From: an uncultured Bdellovibrionales bacterium
Lineage (GTDB): Bacteria > Patescibacteriota > Minisyncoccia > Moranbacterales > DUUL01
Direction of reading: 5' to 3'
Assembly: GCA_964393045.1 (NCBI GenBank)
Contig: CAYMRZ010000002.1
Location: forward strand, 1 to 40,108
Length of the DNA: 40,108 nt
Made by a program: the position numbers and the translations under genes. The notes below the pieces were generated by a model. That model did not search any database and had not been told where the DNA came from. It saw nothing but the letters and a program-made list of their open reading frames with translations. Below are positions 27,630 through 36,125 of this stretch, in pieces. Position 1 is the first letter of the stretch; every line of letters starts with the position of its first letter.

Positions 27630-28853
27630 ATGGGCAATGGAAGGGATAAACTTGGAAATCTTAACAGAACCATAAGACAAGCGAAAAAGTCAGTCTTATA
27701 TTCAAAGAAACTTTCAAGTTTTAAAAAATTAAATTCCCTTGAAGAGCTAAGAGATCTTCCATTCACTACGAAAGAAGATTTGAGAGGAAGCTATCCCTTC
27801 GGGGGTCTTTGTGTTGGTAAAGAAAGAATAGTGGAGATGCACACGACGTCAGGAACAACAGGAAAGCCAACGCTTTCTTATTATACGAGAAAAGACTTGG
27901 AAATTGGTTCTGATGAGGTGTCGAAAGCATGGGCTGGTTTAGGCATAAATGAGAAGAGCAGAGTCCAATTTATTATGAGTTACGGTCTTTTTAGCGGCGC
28001 AATGTTGAATACATATGCTCTTCAAGAGCTGGGAGCACTTGTTTTGCCCGCGGGCATTCAACCAATCGTGAAACAAGTTGAAATGATGATAGATTTTGAG
28101 GTTGACACATTGGTTGCGACGCCTGGCTTTCTGTTGTATCTGTGTGAGCATCTTGAGCAAAACAAAATCCCTAGAAATAAATTGAAATTAAAAAAGGCCA
28201 TCGCAGCAGGAGAAGTATACTCAGATCAAATCAGGAAGGAAATTGAAAAGAGACTGAACGTAAAAGTGTTTGATCATTACGGATTGTGTGAAGTGTATAC
28301 GGGGATAGCCTATGAATGCAAAGAGAAAAAGGGACTACATTTATTGGACGATTTTGTTATTACAGAAATCATTGACACAAAAACAGGAGATGTCTTGCCT
28401 GATGGGAAATATGGAGAATTGGTATTTACCAGTCTCAGGAAAGAGGCTTCTCCCGTAATTCGTTATAGAACAGGTGATGTTTCTTGTTTAATAAATAGAA
28501 ATTGTTCATGCGGAGTCGAAGGTGTTCGCTTGGGAAGAATAAAAACTCGAGTTGATGACTTGGTTTTTATTCGGGGAATAATGATAAACCCTCACGAGCT
28601 AAAAGAAACGATTGTTGACTTTGCCGGAAAAAATCTCTTTGGTGGAGACATGCGAATTGAAGTGAAAAAAAATTCTATAAAGAATGATCCTAAGATTTAT
28701 TTGACTCTGAACGGAAAGGCGGGAGAGTTCATCCCAAGGCTCAAGAAAAAAATCAAAGATGAAACAAAGATCAACTTTGAAATCGTCAATGTAGACAAAA
28801 GTTTTTTTGATAGGGAAAACAGTACAAAAGTAAAATTAGTGGAGTATGTATAA
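27630..28853 (+). CDS. PaaK/F390-synthetase-like adenylate-forming enzyme (acyl-AMP/CoA ligase; the LuxE acyl-protein synthetase is a related family)
   Basis: LRDLPFTTKEDLR N-terminal motif, TTSGTTGKPT P-loop, YGLCE. Confidence 0.65.
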   Translation: MGNGRDKLGNLNRTIRQAKKSVLYSKKLSSFKKLNSLEELRDLPFTTKEDLRGSYPFGGLCVGKERIVEMHTTSGTTGKPTLSYYTRKDLEIGSDEVSKAWAGLGINEKSRVQFIMSYGLFSGAMLNTYALQELGALVLPAGIQPIVKQVEMMIDFEVDTLVATPGFLLYLCEHLEQNKIPRNKLKLKKAIAAGEVYSDQIRKEIEKRLNVKVFDHYGLCEVYTGIAYECKEKKGLHLLDDFVITEIIDTKTGDVLPDGKYGELVFTSLRKEASPVIRYRTGDVSCLINRNCSCGVEGVRLGRIKTRVDDLVFIRGIMINPHELKETIVDFAGKNLFGGDMRIEVKKNSIKNDPKIYLTLNGKAGEFIPRLKKKIKDETKINFEIVNVDKSFFDRENSTKVKLVEYV

Positions 28854-30042
28854 AAAAATAATGAAAACCGAAGACGTAAATGCTGTTGTTAATGACCTGG
28901 TAGACTTTTTTGAAAGGAATAAAAAAGAACTTTTGAAGCTAAACGAGGCATGCACTCAGGACACAGACTATTGGATCGAAGAGGACTGGAAGTACGCCCT
29001 AGCGTATTTGATAAATTTTAAAAAGAACATAGTTTTTGCCCTGAAACAAAGGCGAAAACCAAAGGGAATTATCTTTATTATTCTTTCTTATAATGAACCA
29101 TTGCTGCTCTCTATTATTCCGATCCTTAATGCTTTGGCCGGGGGCAACAAGGTCATAGTTAAGCCGAGTAGAAGAGCTGAGGGAATTTGGAATGCTATTT
29201 GGATAGAGTCGGGAATTGTCGAGAGACATAATCTGATGTTGGAAACTGTTTCGGGAAATAGTGTCGAATCTCTTGAAAAATATATAAAAAAGTCTAGCGC
29301 TGTATATTTTTTTGGTGGGCATGGGATTGCCAAGAAAGTTTACAAAGTTTGTGCAAAACACTTCGTAGAATTCTATCCAGAGATTGAAACAGCGGATTGC
29401 AAAATTATTGATATTCACAATGTTGACCAGTTTGATGTTGAAGAAGATGTTTCATTGACATTGCGTGAATCTTTTTCTCATGCAGGTCAAATTTGTCACA
29501 GAATTCAAGGAGTTGCGGTTGTGGGAGGTGTGTATGACAAATACAAAAAGATGTTGGAAAAGAAATTTGACGAACTAGAGGGTGAGGATGACAAATGCTT
29601 AAATGAGAAGTTTAATCTGAATGAGAGCTACCTGAAATTTGCGATGAATGACATTGATGAGGCGAAGCCAAAAAATATTCGTAAGCATAACAACGGTTTG
29701 CCCTTTTTGATCATTGAGCCGGATAAGGGCAGCGCGTTCGTTAAAAGTGCTTACTTTCTTCCCGCTCTTTGGATCGTGAAGATTAAATCAGAGAAAGAAC
29801 TCATTTCGTTTTTGAATGGGAGGAGTTATTTCTTGGGTGTTAACATAATGTGCGATGATGACATTGCGATTGAAAAAATTATTGAAAGCACTAATTTTAG
29901 CAGATATACAGTAAACACTTCTCATACAAAAATAAGACTTGATGAAGGGTGGGGAGGAAATTGGCCTAGTGGATTTTCGGGCTATAAAAATTGGTTTGAA
30001 CAGTTTACAAACCAATTTGACAAGATCACAACTTTATCCTAG
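28846..30042 (+). CDS. Aldehyde dehydrogenase superfamily protein (short; possibly LuxC-like acyl-CoA reductase)
   Basis: NEPLLLSIIPILNALAGGNKVIVKPS and catalytic-Cys context HAGQICHR. The start overlaps the upstream stop by 8 nt. Confidence 0.5.
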   Translation: MYKKIMKTEDVNAVVNDLVDFFERNKKELLKLNEACTQDTDYWIEEDWKYALAYLINFKKNIVFALKQRRKPKGIIFIILSYNEPLLLSIIPILNALAGGNKVIVKPSRRAEGIWNAIWIESGIVERHNLMLETVSGNSVESLEKYIKKSSAVYFFGGHGIAKKVYKVCAKHFVEFYPEIETADCKIIDIHNVDQFDVEEDVSLTLRESFSHAGQICHRIQGVAVVGGVYDKYKKMLEKKFDELEGEDDKCLNEKFNLNESYLKFAMNDIDEAKPKNIRKHNNGLPFLIIEPDKGSAFVKSAYFLPALWIVKIKSEKELISFLNGRSYFLGVNIMCDDDIAIEKIIESTNFSRYTVNTSHTKIRLDEGWGGNWPSGFSGYKNWFEQFTNQFDKITTLS

Positions 30043-30140
30043 GATGTCTTGAACGCCCAAAATGGCAAATATCGCCTAAAACAGACTATTTTGTTGTAAT
30101 TTGGCGCTAACAAGTACATTCAAAATATACGGAGGCAATA

Positions 30141-31193
30141 ATGAATAAACTCACGTTTGATGATGGTTATTATCGAAAGTTGTTACAAGAGGCGAGATGC
30201 GGTCCACACAAGTTTGAGTCTATAGACTTCCCCATCGGTTCAATGTCCGAGGCGGAGGTGAGGAGGCTGTGGCTGTGTCATGCGAACGGCAAAAACTTTT
30301 TCAAGGAAAGAGAACGTGGCAAGCCGGTAATCGTTACGACTGGTTTTGGGCTAACGGGCATACCACATGTTGGTACAATCGCTCAAATTGTAAGATCAAT
30401 TCGTCTTCAAAAGGCCGGAATTCCAGTTCAGATAGTATTGGGAGATCTCGACGCCTATAATGGGAAAACAACAGATCTGGTGTTGGCGTTAGGGCTGGTT
30501 GAGAAATATCGTAACCTGATACTGAAACTTGGCTTTGACGATTTGCAACCCAATGTTCTCAGAACACAATTTGAAGCGCTGCCTGTCTTAAGGACACTCT
30601 ACCTGACTGGACATTACATCACCGATGAAATGTTCGAACAAGCCAAGGAGGATGTCCATGATTACTATTTCGAGCATGGAAAAATAGAGGAAGAAATGAC
30701 ATATCGCATGAAGCTTTCTCTTAATCTCATGGTGGCAGACTTTATTGATCTTTTTACTAATCATGGGTTTCAGTCGGTTCTTGTTTTTTTGGGAATCGAC
30801 GAATACAAGTATTGCGGTTTGTCAATGGATGTAGCAGAAGCGATCAAGTCTGGAAACAGGCAATTCGCTGAATTTTCTCTTAGCGGAATTTTCTCTCCTC
30901 TCTTCAGGGGCTTTCATGGTCATCCAAAAATGGGCAAGAGTCTTCCTGATTCAGGTATTGACGTTGGAATGACGCATGATGAGATAAGAAAACGAATCGT
31001 TAAGGGCGAGGGAGAATTTGATTCGCCTGAGAATAACGTGGTTTTCCAAATCATGTTAGCGCTGGAGAGTCGATCGGAATCAGAGTGGGAAGAAATATAT
31101 CAGGCCTGCAACGAACGTGGAAAGAAATGGTTGGTTATCAAAGAGGGGTTTGCAGAAAAAATAGTTGGAATTTCTCAATTTTGGACCAGTTGA
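30141..31193 (+). CDS. Class Ic aminoacyl-tRNA synthetase-like protein (archaeal-type TyrRS/TrpRS fold, no anticodon/S4 extension)
   Basis: GFGLTGIPHVGT (HIGH position, second His replaced), LGDLDAYNGK, and HPKMGKSLPDSGIDVGMTHDEIRKRI (KMSKS loop). These are colinear with M. jannaschii TyrRS motifs as I recall them. Confidence 0.55.
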   Translation: MNKLTFDDGYYRKLLQEARCGPHKFESIDFPIGSMSEAEVRRLWLCHANGKNFFKERERGKPVIVTTGFGLTGIPHVGTIAQIVRSIRLQKAGIPVQIVLGDLDAYNGKTTDLVLALGLVEKYRNLILKLGFDDLQPNVLRTQFEALPVLRTLYLTGHYITDEMFEQAKEDVHDYYFEHGKIEEEMTYRMKLSLNLMVADFIDLFTNHGFQSVLVFLGIDEYKYCGLSMDVAEAIKSGNRQFAEFSLSGIFSPLFRGFHGHPKMGKSLPDSGIDVGMTHDEIRKRIVKGEGEFDSPENNVVFQIMLALESRSESEWEEIYQACNERGKKWLVIKEGFAEKIVGISQFWTS

Positions 31194-31254
31194 CGATATG
31201 TTGTGGCAATGATAGAATTATAAAAAATAATTCTTAAGTATATGGAGGATAAAG

Positions 31255-32463
31255 ATGAAAAGAGAAGAACGTGAAAAAAAGGTTGACGAACTATTAGACA
31301 GGGGCGTCCTGGTAGAGATTCTTCCGACGAAAAAAGCTTTCAGGAGGAGACTCATTGAGGACAAAATGAAATTCTACATCGGAGCAGATCCGACATCGAC
31401 AGCGTTGCACCTGAGTCATGCCAAGAATTACATGTTGCTTGAAGAATTCAGGAAGCTAGGGCATAAGGTTTTTGTCCTTTTTGGCGACTTTACTGCTCGC
31501 ATCGGTGATCCAACTGATCAATCGGCTGCAAGAACGCAGTTGACCAGGGAAGAGGTTATGGAGAATGTTCAGGGGTGGATTGATCAAATTAAGCCGCTTA
31601 TGGACTTTGGTGCCAAAGTGAACCCTCCTGAGATTGTTTACAATCACGACTGGTTGGCGAAGCTGACAATGGAAGATGTTATTAACCTGTCAGCCAATGT
31701 CACCGTTCAGCAACTGATCGAGAGGGATATGTTTGCAAAACGAATGAGGGAGAAGAAGCCCATTCATCTTCATGAGTTTATGTATCCAATCATGCAAGGC
31801 TACGACAGTGTTGCTCTTGAAGTTGATGTTGAGCTTTGCGGAACTGACCAAATTTTCAACGCGTTGATTGGTCGCACACTCTTGAAAAAACTCAAGAAGA
31901 TGGACAAATTTGTTGCGGCGGTGAATCTGATGGAAAATCCTAAGACCGGCGAGTTGATGTCGAAAAGTCGTGGTACTGGGGTGTTTCTTGATTCAACCCC
32001 CTTCGACATGTACGGCGCAATTATGTCTCAGCCGGATGAAATGATTGAGGTTATTCTGGTGAACAATACCCGTATTCCATTGGATGAAGTCAACAGCATA
32101 GTCGAGAAAAAAGGTCCACGAGATGCGAAGATGTTTGCCGCGCTTGAAATAACCAAAATATTTCATGGCGAAGACGAGGCGAAGCGAGCTCAGGATAAGT
32201 TTATTCTCCTTGTTCAGAGGAAAGAGTCGGCAGACGATGTTCCTGAAATTCATGTCGGCTCCGATGAACATACGTTATTTGGTGTTTTGAGAAAATGTTA
32301 CGATAAAGGCACCAGCAATAGCGCGATTCGTCGCCTGATCAAGCAGCGAGCCGTCAAAGTTGATGGCAAGGTCAATGTAGATGAAGACTCGCTCATTGTT
32401 ATTCCGGATGTCGGGCTCAACATTAAGGTCGGCAAGAAAAAGTGGTTTAAGGTATTAACCTAG
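31255..32463 (+). CDS. tyrS: Tyrosyl-tRNA synthetase
   Basis: YIGADPTSTALHLSH (HIGH), FGDFTARIGDP, CGTDQ, ELMSKSRGTG (KMSKS), and C-terminal S4 domain IRRLIKQRAVKVDG. Confidence 0.85.
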   Translation: MKREEREKKVDELLDRGVLVEILPTKKAFRRRLIEDKMKFYIGADPTSTALHLSHAKNYMLLEEFRKLGHKVFVLFGDFTARIGDPTDQSAARTQLTREEVMENVQGWIDQIKPLMDFGAKVNPPEIVYNHDWLAKLTMEDVINLSANVTVQQLIERDMFAKRMREKKPIHLHEFMYPIMQGYDSVALEVDVELCGTDQIFNALIGRTLLKKLKKMDKFVAAVNLMENPKTGELMSKSRGTGVFLDSTPFDMYGAIMSQPDEMIEVILVNNTRIPLDEVNSIVEKKGPRDAKMFAALEITKIFHGEDEAKRAQDKFILLVQRKESADDVPEIHVGSDEHTLFGVLRKCYDKGTSNSAIRRLIKQRAVKVDGKVNVDEDSLIVIPDVGLNIKVGKKKWFKVLT

Positions 32464-32501
32464 TAGACAAAGTCCTTGACCGTTGCAGTTAACTTAATCC
32501 G

Positions 32502-32537
32502 AGCCCATCCTTTTTGAAAATTGGATGGGCTTGTTCA
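32502..32537 (+). terminator. Terminator-like hairpin after tyrS
   Basis: AGCCCATCC-loop-GGATGGGCT followed by TGTT. Confidence 0.45.
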
Positions 32538-32605
32538 TAAGTTTGTTGTATTATAGGGGAAGTTTTTTGAAAATATAAACCTATTTTAGGAGTGGGAGGT
32601 GAAGC

Positions 32606-33613
32606 ATGAGCGAAAAACAGAGCAACAAGAAACAGATGCTCTTGGTCGCCTTCAACATGACGAACAAGAGCGCACTAAGCAGGATAAAAGGGCTTTGGCA
32701 AAAAGAAGAAGGAGACGGTTACGAGGGACTTGGAAGGAATGAGGAAGACACTCGTTCTGTCACGAGTGATCAACTTGGCGGAGAAATTGTTTTAATTGAT
32801 CCATTTGATCTAACAAAAATCGTGAAAAGAGTTAATGTTCGAACTCCGATGGGGCTTCACTACGATGAAAAAAGAGAGGTGTTGTTGGCTGGGTCTGACC
32901 ATCACATTTCTTGTGTTGCTGGTGACGGTATAATTGAAACTATCAACAACAAATTATTTAACTGTATTCACTGGTTATCGCCTACTTATGATGGCAATAT
33001 TTTGGTAGTTTCTACTGGTATAGATGCAATTTTGAAAATTGACTTGAACAAGCCCTCCGAAATTATTTCATCCTGGTTTGCCACGGAGAACGGCTATGAC
33101 AAAGATCCGTCTGGCAGGGTGAGGGTTATTGATGGCAGTACTATTCATCAAGGAATCGAGTACTGTACTCCCCAGCACACAACTCACATTAACTCAGCGG
33201 TCGAATTTGAGCCTGATAAATTGCTGGCCACACTGTTTCACCAAGGCCAACTAGTTAAGATTGATCTAGGGTCTGGCAAAACAAGCGTGGTGTCAAATGG
33301 ACTCAAACAGCCGCATGGGGTCAAGAGGGCATCGTTTGGGTTTATGTTAGCCGACACAAATGGCGCAAGATTTCTGAAGGTTGATTCACAGCTGAATTTA
33401 ATCGGAGAGGTTAAAGGTAATTTTAATTGGATCCAGGACGTAGTAGAGCTAGAGGGTGGTGATTTTGTAGTAGCTGATATCAATAATGGACGGCTGGTTT
33501 TAATTAGTCCATGTGGGGAGACTAAGGATCAGGTGGTCTATGGCGCCAATGAAAAAAAAGTGGGATCAATGTTATTGATTACAGAAAAAGAGGCCAAGAG
33601 AATCTTTTATTAA
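32606..33613 (+). CDS. Hypothetical protein, probably beta-propeller (NHL/SMP-30-like repeats)
   Basis: Repeated beta-strand-rich segments (for example GDFVVADINNGRLVLISP). Strong RBS GGAGTGGGAGG. Confidence 0.45.
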   Translation: MSEKQSNKKQMLLVAFNMTNKSALSRIKGLWQKEEGDGYEGLGRNEEDTRSVTSDQLGGEIVLIDPFDLTKIVKRVNVRTPMGLHYDEKREVLLAGSDHHISCVAGDGIIETINNKLFNCIHWLSPTYDGNILVVSTGIDAILKIDLNKPSEIISSWFATENGYDKDPSGRVRVIDGSTIHQGIEYCTPQHTTHINSAVEFEPDKLLATLFHQGQLVKIDLGSGKTSVVSNGLKQPHGVKRASFGFMLADTNGARFLKVDSQLNLIGEVKGNFNWIQDVVELEGGDFVVADINNGRLVLISPCGETKDQVVYGANEKKVGSMLLITEKEAKRIFY

Positions 33614-33649
33614 AGAGCAAAACCGCTAAAGCAAAAGGGGAGGCAAATC

Positions 33650-33817
33650 ATGCTACACAGCAGACTTGAATTAGGAGACTTAGAAGATGCAAAGCTAGCT
33701 CATATGAGTCCAGAAGCATATGAAGCTAAGATGCAGGCGAGACGGGAGTATAACCCGTTTGTTGATCCGTTCAAAGAACTGTTCGCATTCGCCAGAAAAT
33801 TATTCGCCAAGAAATAA
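33650..33817 (+). CDS. Small hypothetical protein (55 aa), not in the ORF track
   Basis: ATG preceded by AAAGGGGAGG at proper spacing. Translation is MLHSRLELGDLEDAKLAHMSPEAYEAKMQARREYNPFVDPFKELFAFARKLFAKK. A hairpin follows. Confidence 0.4.
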   Translation: MLHSRLELGDLEDAKLAHMSPEAYEAKMQARREYNPFVDPFKELFAFARKLFAKK

Positions 33818-34188
33818 AATCAAGGCGAATCATGAAGATTTAGAAAACATAAGCGTCTCGATGTAATTTTATCGGGCGCTTATATTCTTTTAATGTCAAC
33901 TGCAAAGTGAGACTTTAAATGTTAAAAAATGTTACGGCGGTTGTATTTCTGGTTCAATTGCTTCAACAGGAAATCCTGATGACGTATTGTGCTTTGTTGA
34001 TGTATAAACAACATCACAGAAAGCTCTCCATTGCGATATTATTTGCAACGGAGAGCTTTTTTACTTATACTTTAATAAAACTGATAATCAAAACATTTAT
34101 ATGAAAAAAATTAGTTGTAAAAATAATTTTGGAAAGATTGTGAATTCTTATAACAAGGCACCCGCATAGGGTGTCTTTGTATTGTCTA

Positions 34189-34262
34189 AAATAAATATCT
34201 CCCTGGAAATGACTCATTTCCAGGGTTGAAAGCGAGGGAGATTTTTAGTTCACTTGCCTCAC
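34189..34262 (+). repeat. Element 'Y' copy B
   Basis: ATCTCCCTGGAAATGACTCATTTCCAGGGTTGAAAGCGAGGGAGATTTTTAG. Here the inner stem is perfect (CCCTGGAAAT/ATTTCCAGGG). As with copy A, a separate terminator hairpin precedes it (GGCACCC/GGGTGTC). Confidence 0.55.
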
Positions 34263-34364
34263 TTTGTTCTAATTTATTTCAGATTAATTGAAGCTAGGGC
34301 ATTTACTTTTTATCAATTCAAAGTTATTATATAGTAAAATTGGTAATTCTTTAAAATAAATAAT

Positions 34365-34901
34365 ATGACAAATAAAATTCAAAAATGGGAGGAGGTTTCA
34401 AGAGAAGAGGCTTTCAGTAAATATGGGAAAAAAATAGAAAAAGTTGACTTTAAATTACCGGATGGAGAGGCGAGTGATTTCTATATTAAAAAAGAGGGAC
34501 CTGCTGTCGGAATCCTAGCTCTCACCAAAGACCAGCAAGTGATATTGGTCAAACAATTTCGTCCAGGCCCCAAAGAGATTTTGGATGAGCTTCCCGGTGG
34601 TTATGTGGATGAAAACGAGACACCCAAAGAGGCTACAGAAAGAGAACTTTTAGAGGAGACTGGATACAAAGGAAAACCAGAGTTTGTGACTATTGCTTAT
34701 GACTGTGCTTATTCAACCATGAACCGACATTGTGTTGTAGTCAAAGATTGCGAAAAAGTTGCTGAGCAAAAATTAGACAAAACTGAATTTGCCGAGGTGG
34801 TTTTGATGAGTCTTGAAGAATTCAGGGAGTTACTCAAGAGTGGTAAAAATACTGATGTAGAGGTGGGATATATCGGATTGGATTATTTGGGATTATTATA
34901 A
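34365..34901 (+). CDS. NUDIX hydrolase (ADP-ribose pyrophosphatase-like)
   Basis: Complete Nudix box GGYVDENETPKEATERELLEETG (GX5EX7REUXEEXGU). Confidence 0.85.
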   Translation: MTNKIQKWEEVSREEAFSKYGKKIEKVDFKLPDGEASDFYIKKEGPAVGILALTKDQQVILVKQFRPGPKEILDELPGGYVDENETPKEATERELLEETGYKGKPEFVTIAYDCAYSTMNRHCVVVKDCEKVAEQKLDKTEFAEVVLMSLEEFRELLKSGKNTDVEVGYIGLDYLGLL

Positions 34902-35005
34902 TTCTTCCCATGAAGCACCTTCTTAGCGGAGAGTAAATAGGCCTTAAACCTTTTTTCTTATATAAATCGATATAATCTAATATAGGTAATATAGAACAAA
35001 GATTG

Positions 35006-35051
35006 TTGACTTTTCTTATATAATCTAATATAATCTTATATAGGTAATATA
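35006..35051 (+). promoter_or_regulatory. Sigma70-type promoter of the fic operon with an overlapping direct-repeat operator
   Basis: TTGACT (35006-35011), 17-nt spacer, TATAAT (35029-35034). The 23-nt repeat TATAATCT(A/T)ATATAGGTAATATA lies at 34971-34993 and 35029-35051. Confidence 0.5.
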
Positions 35052-35063
35052 TAAGATAAAATT

Positions 35064-36125
35064 ATGTTAAAAAACAACCAATTTGAAGCTAGAATTAGCA
35101 GTCTTTCACCTGAGATATGGTCAAAGATAACCAAAATAGATGAAATCAAGGGTCGTTGGATTGGGGGAGTCAATTTGAGTCCTCAAATTTTAGGTCGTCT
35201 TAAACAATCAGTTTTAGTTACTTCGGCTGGTGCTTCTACTCGTATTGAAGGGGCGAAGCTGACTGATGAAGATGTGGAAAAATTGATTCGGGGTGTGAAA
35301 ATCGGGAAATGGAAAAGCCGAGATGAGCAAGAGGTGCGGGGATATTACGAGCTGCTCAGGAATGTCTTTGAATCCTGGAAAAATTTGACTTTTAGTGAAA
35401 GCTCTATCAAACATTTTCACAACGAAATGCTCAAATATGTTTCCAAAGATGAGAAGCATAAAGGTGAATACAAGATGATGCCTAACAATGTCGTAATGAA
35501 GGATAAAAAGGGAAATGAAGTTGGAGTAGTTTTTGAAACCATTCCGCCTTATCTTACCCCGAAGAAGATGGAAGCGTTGGTTGATTGGACGAAATCAGCA
35601 TTGGAAGAGGAAAAGTTCCACCCGCTTTTGGTTGTAAGTAATTTTATTGTGGAGTTTCTAAATATCCATCCGTTTCAGGATGGAAACGGGAGACTTTCCA
35701 GAATTCTAACCAACCTCTTGTTGCTAAAAGAGGGGTATTTGTATATGCCCTATATCTCTCACGAAAAATTGATTGAGGACAATAAGAATGACTACTACCT
35801 TGCTCTTCGCAGGAGCCAAAAAACATTTGGGGAAAAAGATGAAAATATTTCAGATTGGCTGGATTATTTTTTAGATATTTTCCTCAAGCAATCAGAAATG
35901 GCAGTAGAGTTGCTAGAGAGCGAGCAAGTGGAAAAACTGCTTTCACCCAAACAACTGAGTGTTTGGGAGTATTTCCAAACTGTTTCCGAAGCAACTCCAG
36001 GTGAAATAACCGAAAAAACCAAAGTTGCCAGACCGACAGTAAACCAAGCATTGAAGAAGTTACTAAATCTGAAAAGAATAGAAAAAATTGGTTCAGGCAG
36101 GGGAACTAGGTATAGAAAGCTGTGA
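35064..36125 (+). CDS. fic: Fic family protein (AMPylase-type) with an N-terminal inhibitory-helix motif and C-terminal wHTH
   Basis: Canonical HPFQDGNGRLSR motif. STRIEG fits the (S/T)xxxE(G/N) auto-inhibition motif. The C-terminus ATPGEITEKTKVARPTVNQALKKL is HTH-like. Confidence 0.9.
   Translation: MLKNNQFEARISSLSPEIWSKITKIDEIKGRWIGGVNLSPQILGRLKQSVLVTSAGASTRIEGAKLTDEDVEKLIRGVKIGKWKSRDEQEVRGYYELLRNVFESWKNLTFSESSIKHFHNEMLKYVSKDEKHKGEYKMMPNNVVMKDKKGNEVGVVFETIPPYLTPKKMEALVDWTKSALEEEKFHPLLVVSNFIVEFLNIHPFQDGNGRLSRILTNLLLLKEGYLYMPYISHEKLIEDNKNDYYLALRRSQKTFGEKDENISDWLDYFLDIFLKQSEMAVELLESEQVEKLLSPKQLSVWEYFQTVSEATPGEITEKTKVARPTVNQALKKLLNLKRIEKIGSGRGTRYRKL

Noticed and set aside
25376-33817. The metabolic/aaRS block as cargo of a mobile element
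   Set aside because: It lies between X-B and X-C, so I considered it cargo. Its sampled GC (~43%) matches the lipoprotein gene at the window end, and it includes a canonical tyrS. It is more likely chromosomal sequence trapped between repeat copies by rearrangement. This remains unresolved without comparative data.
33919-34104. 61-aa + strand ORF in the tyrS-block/Nudix intergenic region
   Set aside because: It is hydrophobic and low-complexity, contains a terminator-like hairpin (AGCTCTCC...GGAGAGCT plus T-run) within it, and has no RBS.
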